A program made the translations under genes and the position numbers. Below are positions 1 to 5,002 of a DNA stretch of 9,282 nucleotides, piece by piece. The notes beneath the pieces were generated by a model. The model searched no databases. It was given only the letters and a program-made list of their open reading frames with translations, and was not told the DNA's origin. Source of the stretch: Patescibacteria group bacterium (GTDB lineage: Bacteria > Patescibacteriota > Patescibacteriia > UBA2591 > UBA6264); contig JAQTOB010000009.1 in NCBI GenBank assembly GCA_028713575.1, forward strand, positions 1-9,282, written 5' to 3'. The number at the start of each line of letters is the position of its first letter. Position 1 is the first letter of the stretch.

Positions 1-1
1 C

Positions 2-2068
2 ATAGAGAAGAAAAGTGATAATACTTGGGGACAAAGTTTATCCATTGGCGGGACACCGGGTCAAGAAAACAGCGCTAAACAAACAATTGTTGAAGAAGAG
101 GAAGAAGAGGAAGAAGAGGAAGAAGAGGGAGAAGAGGAAGAAGAGGAAGGGGAAGAGATATCGGCAGACACGAGTCCGCCGATTATTAGTTTAACTTCTT
201 ATCCTTCTAATCCCGCTACGGAAACTCAAGCGACTTTTATTTTTAGCGCCAATGAGAATGTAAAATTTTTTTGTAAATTAGATGTAGGCGATTGGGAGGA
301 TAATTGTTTTTCTCCAAAAATATATACTGGCCTTTTTCAGGGAGAACATACATTTTATTTTAAAGCAATTGATGATGCCGATAATGAATCATTGGTTACA
401 AATTATCAATGGATAATTGAATCAGAACAAGAAGAATCTCCGGAACCGGAAACGCCGGATACTTTTCCCCCCACGGCTCAAATGAGTGGCCAGCCAAACA
501 ATCCCACTAATCAAACAACGATTGACATCACCGTGGGAGGCGAAGAGGTAACACATTATAAATACAAATTAGACGACAGGATTTATGACAATGAAATCCA
601 GGTTTCTACTCATATTATTTTGTCGGATTTATCTGACGGCGAGCATGTTATTTATATTATCGGGAAGGACGCATCCGGCAACTGGCAGGAACAAACAAAC
701 CCCACCACTTATAGCTGGACAATAGACACTTCTGGCCCCGTTTCTAATATTATTTTTCCTAATGATGACGATATTTTTAACAATATTTCTTGGTTGGAAG
801 AAGAAAAAATCATTGGAACAGCTTCTTCGGACAATGATTTGGCCAAAGTGGAAATTCAAATTCAAAAAGGACTGGGAACCCAATATTTAGATAACGGCAA
901 TGCCACTTCTACTCCGTCTTGGATTGATTCACCTATTTGGTCTGAAGCGATTTTAGATTCTGACATCGCCAGTTCAACGGCGACTTGGCATTTTAACTTG
1001 CCGGTTTCTTTATTAACCGAAGATAATTATTATTTTGTTCGGTCGCGAGCTTTTGATTTATTAAACAATATTCAGGATACGGTTTCAGTTGTTGAATTTA
1101 TTTTTGATGTCACCCCACCAGAAAAAATAACCGGTTTAAAAATAGAAGAAGGAGATAGCGCTTTAGACTTTACGTTTTTCTGGGACCTGATTGATGATAA
1201 TTTGGCAGGGATTGATTATTATGAAATTTATGACGAGAACAACAATTGGAATAAAGGGAATAAGATTCCAGTTGAAGAAATTAGTTTTGATTCAACGGGA
1301 GAAGAAGGGGTTAATTATTCCTTTAGGGTTCGCGCTTGCGATAAGGCCGGCAATTGCGGAGAATTTTCCGACCCCGCGATTTATTATATTACGGAAGAAG
1401 AAGAGGAAGATAAAGATATTTTAATTGTTCGTGGCGATAATCAGGGGTATTCTGTTTATATTCCGACAGAAATTCCGGAAAATGCCGAAGGACTGCGTTC
1501 AAAAAAAACAGTAGGGGCTCCCAATGTTCAGAAATTTGGCGGCGCTTTTTGGCAGAAATATGAGTCAAACGCTTACACGAATTTTGAGTTTTTTTACAAT
1601 CCCGTTGACGACGGTTTAACGATAGGACTTTGGTATTATTTACCTATTTTACCGGTTAGGTCCTGTCAAGCTAAAGTGGTTGATGTTTACGATTTCTTTT
1701 CTATGTATATAGTTCGTCCGAGCGCAGAATCTTCTAACATTTATTACTATGTTAATTTTTATAATGATGAACCCGATGTTATTTTAGATATGGCTCCTAT
1801 TCCCTGGTCAATTGGTTGGAATCACCTTGCCGTTGCGGTGAGTTCCGATAAAGACAAAAAAGCTTCTCTTTATTACAATGGTCAGCTTGTTGGCAGCAAA
1901 GTAGTGGGGAGCGTCAATTTTAACATTATAAAATTGTATTTTTATAACGGTTTTTGGAGCGATGCCGATGTTGATAAAGTTTATTTTGATGACATATTTT
2001 TTACGGCAAAAGAATTGACATCAAGTCAAATAAATTCCATTTATACCAGCAATCAGCCATATAATTAA
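2..2068 (+). CDS. Modular secreted or cell-surface protein, 5'-truncated by the window edge: LTD-like C-terminal tail, poly-Glu linker, Ig-like/FN3-like repeats, C-terminal LamG (concanavalin A-like, Laminin_G_3-type) domain
   Basis: I translated the frame of the listed 392..2068 ORF by hand back to nt 2 and found no stop, so the listed TTG start is an ORF-caller artefact and the gene continues upstream of the window. The N-terminal visible residues ...NTWGQSLSIGGTPGQEN resemble the typical end of bacterial lamin-tail (LTD) domains. The strand motif GEHTFYFKAIDDADN / GEHVIYIIGKDASGN / YYFVRSRAFDLLNN / YSFRVRACDKAGN recurs four times, as in tandem Ig/FN3-like surface modules. The C-terminus (WNHLAVAVSSDKDKKASLYYNGQLVGS ... 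VYFDDIFFTAKELTSSQINSIY) matches the classic LamG/Laminin_G_3 pattern. Confidence 0.85.
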   Translation: MEKKSDNTWGQSLSIGGTPGQENSAKQTIVEEEEEEEEEEEEGEEEEEEGEEISADTSPPIISLTSYPSNPATETQATFIFSANENVKFFCKLDVGDWEDNCFSPKIYTGLFQGEHTFYFKAIDDADNESLVTNYQWIIESEQEESPEPETPDTFPPTAQMSGQPNNPTNQTTIDITVGGEEVTHYKYKLDDRIYDNEIQVSTHIILSDLSDGEHVIYIIGKDASGNWQEQTNPTTYSWTIDTSGPVSNIIFPNDDDIFNNISWLEEEKIIGTASSDNDLAKVEIQIQKGLGTQYLDNGNATSTPSWIDSPIWSEAILDSDIASSTATWHFNLPVSLLTEDNYYFVRSRAFDLLNNIQDTVSVVEFIFDVTPPEKITGLKIEEGDSALDFTFFWDLIDDNLAGIDYYEIYDENNNWNKGNKIPVEEISFDSTGEEGVNYSFRVRACDKAGNCGEFSDPAIYYITEEEEEDKDILIVRGDNQGYSVYIPTEIPENAEGLRSKKTVGAPNVQKFGGAFWQKYESNAYTNFEFFYNPVDDGLTIGLWYYLPILPVRSCQAKVVDVYDFFSMYIVRPSAESSNIYYYVNFYNDEPDVILDMAPIPWSIGWNHLAVAVSSDKDKKASLYYNGQLVGSKVVGSVNFNIIKLYFYNGFWSDADVDKVYFDDIFFTAKELTSSQINSIYTSNQPYN
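92..157 (+). repeat. In-frame 9-bp tandem repeat (GAAGAAGAG)n, about 7 units with slight degeneration at the 3' end, encoding a poly-Glu linker (EEEEEEEEEEEEGEEEEEEGEE)
   Basis: Read directly from the sequence: perfect units at 92, 101, 110, 119 and 137, variant GGAGAAGAG at 128, degenerate tail 146-157. The unit length is a multiple of 3, so copy-number change keeps the frame. Confidence 0.9.
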
Positions 2069-2110
2069 CAGTTTGGCCGATTTAAAAGTTTATGGAAAGT
2101 TTACGGAGAG

Positions 2111-2134
2111 TTGACCTCCATGGTGCCATATTAA
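2111..2134 (+). promoter_or_regulatory. Possible promoter of the 2142 gene: TTGACC (2111-2116) and AT-rich -10-like TATTAA/TAATTT (2129-2137), with non-ideal spacing
   Basis: The -35-like hexamer matches consensus at 5 of 6 positions. The spacer to the best -10-like hexamers is 12-15 nt, not 17. No Shine-Dalgarno lies before ATG 2142, so a very short or leaderless 5' end is conceivable. Confidence 0.25.
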
Positions 2135-2141
2135 TTTTTTT

Positions 2142-2945
2142 ATGCCCTTGACCTTGATTTATAGAATTTGTAAAGAACTTAAAATTAGATTTTTTTTAAT
2201 CCTTTTATTTTTAATTTTCCAACCAATTTTAGCCATCGGATTTATTAAAGTTACTCCAGACGAGGTTAAGAATTTGCCGGTAAAAACAAATGTTCAAGTT
2301 CAGGGAGTGGCGGTTGTTGAGCCGGGGATTTTAGGGTCGCAGATTTTTTATCTTAACGGAGTTCAGATTTATTCTTATTACAAGGATTTCCCTGAATTGA
2401 AAATCGGCGATGAAATTTTGGTGAAAGGTGAGATTTCGCAATCGCGAGGAGAGAAAAGAGTTAAAATTAAAACAAAAGAAGACATTCTGTTATTGAATAA
2501 AGGTGTGGTTATTGAACCGAGATTTTTGGTGATTGACACCATAAGCGGCGAATTTGTCGGTGATTTGATAAAAATAAAAGGTTTGGTGATTGAAAAGACG
2601 GGCCAGGAAATTTTTATCAATGATGATGCCGGCGAAATCACGGTCTATATCAAAGAATATGTTGACATTGATAAATCAGTGGTCAAAGAAGGAGATAACG
2701 TTGAAATAACCGGCATTTTAACTAAAAATAATGATGAATTCAGGCTCTTACCAAGGGGAAACAAAGATATTGCCGTGGTTAAAGCGTTAAAGGAAGAAAA
2801 GGAAGTCAAACAAATTCACTTATTGGCCAGCGAAGCCGGAGTAATAGATTTTTATCAATTAAAACCCTATTTCATTATCAGCGCCATCATTTTAGGGTTA
2901 ATTTTCATCATCCTTTTATTTTTTGAAAAACGCAGAAACGGCTGA
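2142..2945 (+). CDS. Membrane-anchored protein with two tandem OB-fold repeats (BOF/YgiW-like), an N-terminal signal-anchor and a C-terminal TM helix plus basic tail
   Basis: 267-aa ORF. The N-terminal hydrophobic segment is FFLILLFLIFQPILAIGFI. Two similar beta-rich repeats are present (VQVQGVAVVEP...IFYLNG..VQIYS....LKIGDEILVKGEISQSRGEKRVKI and IKIKGLVIEKTGQEIFINDDAGEITVYIKE.....VKEGDNVEITGILTKNNDEFRLLP), each matching the barrel - x - D/N-x-G-x-I-x-V - GD-x-V-x-V/I-x-G pattern of bacterial OB folds. The C-terminal segment is FIISAIILGLIFIILLFF followed by EKRRNG. Confidence 0.8.
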   Translation: MPLTLIYRICKELKIRFFLILLFLIFQPILAIGFIKVTPDEVKNLPVKTNVQVQGVAVVEPGILGSQIFYLNGVQIYSYYKDFPELKIGDEILVKGEISQSRGEKRVKIKTKEDILLLNKGVVIEPRFLVIDTISGEFVGDLIKIKGLVIEKTGQEIFINDDAGEITVYIKEYVDIDKSVVKEGDNVEITGILTKNNDEFRLLPRGNKDIAVVKALKEEKEVKQIHLLASEAGVIDFYQLKPYFIISAIILGLIFIILLFFEKRRNG

Positions 2946-3009
2946 AATCAGAATCTTGAATTCCATCACTTCTTGCAGTAATTTCTTGCAGGTGCGACCC
3001 GCAGAAGTT

Positions 3010-3039
3010 ATCTTGGAGCATCTTGGAGTATCTTGGAGG
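3010..3039 (+). repeat. Three perfect tandem copies of a 10-bp unit ATCTTGGAGN (TGGAG pentamers separated by 5-nt spacers)
   Basis: Copies at 3010-3019, 3020-3029 and 3030-3039, identical in 9 of 10 positions. Related TCTTG-core copies lie at 2954 (tcttgaat), 2971 and 2984 (ttcttgcag twice). Inverted copies TCCAAGGT lie at 3051-3058 and 3065-3072. Confidence 0.9.
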
Positions 3040-3077
3040 GGTTCAACCCCTCCAAGGTCCCCCTTCCAAGGTTTTTG
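3020..3077 (+). terminator. Candidate compound rho-independent terminator of the 2142..2945 gene
   Basis: The inner hairpin CTTGGAGGGG(T) / (A)CCCCTCCAAG (3032-3041 with 3047-3056) has 10-11 perfect bp and a 3-5 nt loop. An outer helix can form between repeat copy 2 (3020-3028) and TTCCAAGGT (3064-3072), 9 bp including 2 G-U pairs. It is followed directly by the T-run 3072-3076 (TTTTTGT). Copy 1 could substitute for copy 2, giving alternative registers. Confidence 0.5.
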
Positions 3078-3123
3078 TCGTTACATATTCTTCTTCGTCC
3101 TCCCTTTTAATAATCATTGATTG

Positions 3124-3132
3124 TGATATAAT
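3124..3132 (+). promoter_or_regulatory. Extended -10 element TGATATAAT, putative ftsZ promoter
   Basis: TGnTATAAT lies exactly at 3124-3132, 26 nt before the ftsZ ATG. The -35 at the 16-17 nt position is only weak (TTTTAA), which an extended -10 tolerates. A weak AGG at 3146-3148 is the only SD-like element. Confidence 0.4.
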
Positions 3133-3157
3133 GAAAATGATTTTTAGGTAAAAAAAT

Positions 3158-4360
3158 ATGAAGAAAAACAGCGCAAAAATAAGCAACGGGCTGAAAATAA
3201 AAGTGATTGGCGTGGGCGGTGCCGGTTGTTCTGTTGTCAAGAGAATGGCTCAGAAAAAAATTTCCAATGTGGAATATATCGTCATTGATACCGACAGCCA
3301 GATGTTACAAACCTTAAGTAGTTCAATAAAAAAAATAAGGATTGGCAAGTTATTAACCAAGGGATTGGGTGCGGGCGGAGATTTTGAATTAGGGCAACAA
3401 GCGGCGGAACAAAACACTAAAGAATTAAAAGAGGCAGTTAAAAGAGCAGATATTATATTTTTTACCGCTGGTTTTGGTGGCGGTACCGGAACCGGTGCCT
3501 TACCCGTGATTGCTGATTTGGCGGAAAAAACTAAAGCCCTGACCATTGCCATTGTTACCAAGCCTTTTGTTTTTGAAGGCGTTCAAAGAAAGGCAGTAGC
3601 CGAACAGGGCTTAAAAAAAATGCTTAACCGAGTTGACTCCTTGATTGTTATCTCTAACAACAAGCTTTTGCGCGCCATTGACCGTTCAACTCCGATTTTA
3701 GGCGCTTTTGCCATTGCGGATGAAGTCATTAAGCAGGGAGTCCAAATGTTTTTTAATATTTTTAATGTTCCCGGTCTGATTAATGTTGATTTTGCCGACA
3801 TCAAGCCGATTATTAAAAATGCGGGTGAAACTTTTTTGGGCGTGGGTGTGGCCTCGGGCAAAGACCGAGTTAACCAGGCGATTAAAAATATTTTAAAAAA
3901 TCCTTTAATAAACGTTTCTCCAAGGGGAGCTAATGGTATTATCCTTATAATCTCCGGCTCAAATGACTTGAAGATGGCTGAAGTTAATGAGATTGCTGAA
4001 ACAATTACTAAGCAAATTAACCCTAAAGCAAGAATTGTATTTGGCGCGATTATTGATGAAAAATTAAAAGACGAAATAAAAATAATTTTAATTGCTTCCG
4101 GTTTTGGTCAGCCTCGTCCCCATGGCTTTTCGGTGCAAAATTTAGATAAAAATAAATTACAAGAACAAGGAGAAGAAAAGAGAACATTTTCTATGCCCCG
4201 GATAATCCGCAAAAATGATGTCTATGTTTATCAAGAAAAAGATACGAGCCAGACAGACAAGAAAACAAAAGAAAAAAGAAAAGAAGAAATAGAAATTAAT
4301 TTTGAAAATGAGCTGGACATTCCCGCTTTTTTAAGGAAAAAAATGAAAAAAGGCAAATAA
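3158..4360 (+). CDS. ftsZ: Cell division GTPase FtsZ
   Basis: The N-terminal IKVIGVGGAG, the tubulin signature GGGTGTGALPVIA, TKPFVFEG, the T7 loop NVDFADI, and the conserved C-terminal peptide LDIPAFLRKK after a long K/E-rich linker are all readable in the translation. Confidence 0.98.
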   Translation: MKKNSAKISNGLKIKVIGVGGAGCSVVKRMAQKKISNVEYIVIDTDSQMLQTLSSSIKKIRIGKLLTKGLGAGGDFELGQQAAEQNTKELKEAVKRADIIFFTAGFGGGTGTGALPVIADLAEKTKALTIAIVTKPFVFEGVQRKAVAEQGLKKMLNRVDSLIVISNNKLLRAIDRSTPILGAFAIADEVIKQGVQMFFNIFNVPGLINVDFADIKPIIKNAGETFLGVGVASGKDRVNQAIKNILKNPLINVSPRGANGIILIISGSNDLKMAEVNEIAETITKQINPKARIVFGAIIDEKLKDEIKIILIASGFGQPRPHGFSVQNLDKNKLQEQGEEKRTFSMPRIIRKNDVYVYQEKDTSQTDKKTKEKRKEEIEINFENELDIPAFLRKKMKKGK

Positions 4361-4387
4361 ATGCCATCTTGACGAAAGGCATTTTTT
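4360..4387 (+). terminator. Weak candidate terminator after ftsZ
   Basis: AATGCC (4360-4365) pairs with GGCATT (4378-4383) across a 12-nt loop and is followed by a T6 run (4382-4387). The stem is short and the loop large, so it may terminate only partially. Confidence 0.35.
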
Positions 4388-4397
4388 ATGTTATCAT
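4369..4397 (+). promoter_or_regulatory. Candidate promoter for the downstream ORFan genes: TTGACG - 17 nt - TATCAT with a TG extended -10
   Basis: TTGACG at 4369-4374 sits inside the terminator loop. The spacer 4375-4391 is 17 nt, TG is at 4389-4390 and TATCAT at 4392-4397. Confidence 0.3.
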
Positions 4398-4438
4398 TTA
4401 ACATAAATAACATAAATAAAAGAATAAAAAATTAATAT

Positions 4439-4786
4439 ATGAAAAATATTAAAAAAGAATCAACGGGAGGAGGTTTACCAGAAGGATTTAAAGAAGATTT
4501 TGAGTTTTTGGGAAATAAATTGGGTTTTTACATTTCTGCTCTAAATGCGCCAGAAGAAATTAAAAATTCTTGGCTGGCGATTTTACCTCAAATGTCCATT
4601 GAGCAAATAGGGCGCTTGATTGATATTTTTGAAGAGAAATATCTTCAACAGGAAACGCAATACATTGACGAAGAATTTAAAAAAGTTTTGGCTGAAATTG
4701 AAAAAGAAAAAAAAGAAAAAATAAATAAAATAGACGAAGAAACAATCAAGCAGATACAAGATTTAGCCCAAAAAATAAAAAACTAA
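4439..4786 (+). CDS. Hypothetical 115-aa protein: small N-terminal globular part plus a K/E-rich coiled-coil-like tail
   Basis: The ORF is on the same strand and has the same composition as its neighbours. The C-terminal half (EEFKKVLAEIEKEKKEKINKIDEETIKQIQDLAQKIKN) has heptad-like charge and hydrophobic spacing. I recognised no family. No SD precedes the ATG. Confidence 0.7.
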   Translation: MKNIKKESTGGGLPEGFKEDFEFLGNKLGFYISALNAPEEIKNSWLAILPQMSIEQIGRLIDIFEEKYLQQETQYIDEEFKKVLAEIEKEKKEKINKIDEETIKQIQDLAQKIKN

Positions 4787-4789
4787 ATT

Positions 4790-4981
4790 ATGAGACAAGA
4801 AAATCAAATTTTGGACGACGAAATAAATTTTAGAATCAGGAGAATCAAAGAAATTTATTATGATTTTGAAAAAGAGATAAATTTGTTGAAAGAAAAACAG
4901 AATCAAATTATCAATCAGGCTTTAGAAAAAATAGACAAACAGAAAATTCAAGACGCTTTGAATAAATTAAAAAATAAATAA
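4790..4981 (+). CDS. Hypothetical 63-aa all-helical, coiled-coil-like protein
   Basis: The ATG lies 3 nt after the upstream stop (TAA-att-ATG), suggesting translational coupling. The sequence is dominated by E/K/Q/I/L in heptad-like spacing. The ORF is small, so its coding status is less certain. Confidence 0.55.
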   Translation: MRQENQILDDEINFRIRRIKEIYYDFEKEINLLKEKQNQIINQALEKIDKQKIQDALNKLKNK

Positions 4982-5002
4982 TTAATTTTAAATCTATATC
5001 TT

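Noticed and set aside
629-883. Minus-strand and out-of-frame ORFs of 60-107 aa inside the large genes (629..883, 1191..1424, 2378..2641, 3250..3561, 3583..3861, 4231..4413, 4948..5133, 5749..5949, 6150..6344, 6374..6658, 6826..7149, 7546..7743, 8318..8533, 8674..8874)
   Set aside because: All lie wholly or largely within much longer, well-supported ORFs. 8318..8533 additionally spans the terminator-rich 8366..8468 intergenic region. Their translations are low-complexity or hydrophobic, as expected from reading K/E-rich genes in other frames. They are shadow ORFs.
1501-1508. A8 homopolymer in the surface-protein gene as a phase-variation switch
   Set aside because: An equal-length A8 run occurs inside ftsZ (3613-3620), and A6-A8 runs are frequent throughout this AT-rich sequence. 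There is no specific signal.
3010-3072. Possible CRISPR array or tRNA-like element (the GGGGTTCAACCCC part resembles a T-arm)
   Set aside because: The repeats are only 10 bp with no spacers, so this is not CRISPR. The T-arm-like hairpin has a 3-5 nt loop in its best fold, and I found no matching acceptor stem or D or anticodon arms in the flanks.
3117-3122. TTGATT as the -35 box of the ftsZ promoter
   Set aside because: It lies only 4 nt upstream of the TATAAT hexamer, so the spacing is incompatible with a -35 role. The TG-extended -10 is the better-supported element.
2923-3240. ORFs 2923..3120 (+) and 3043..3240 (-) spanning the intergenic region upstream of ftsZ
   Set aside because: They run through the repeat and hairpin region and the ftsZ promoter and start. 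They have non-ATG or unsupported starts, no SD and implausible sequences. The nucleotide-level repeats explain the region better.
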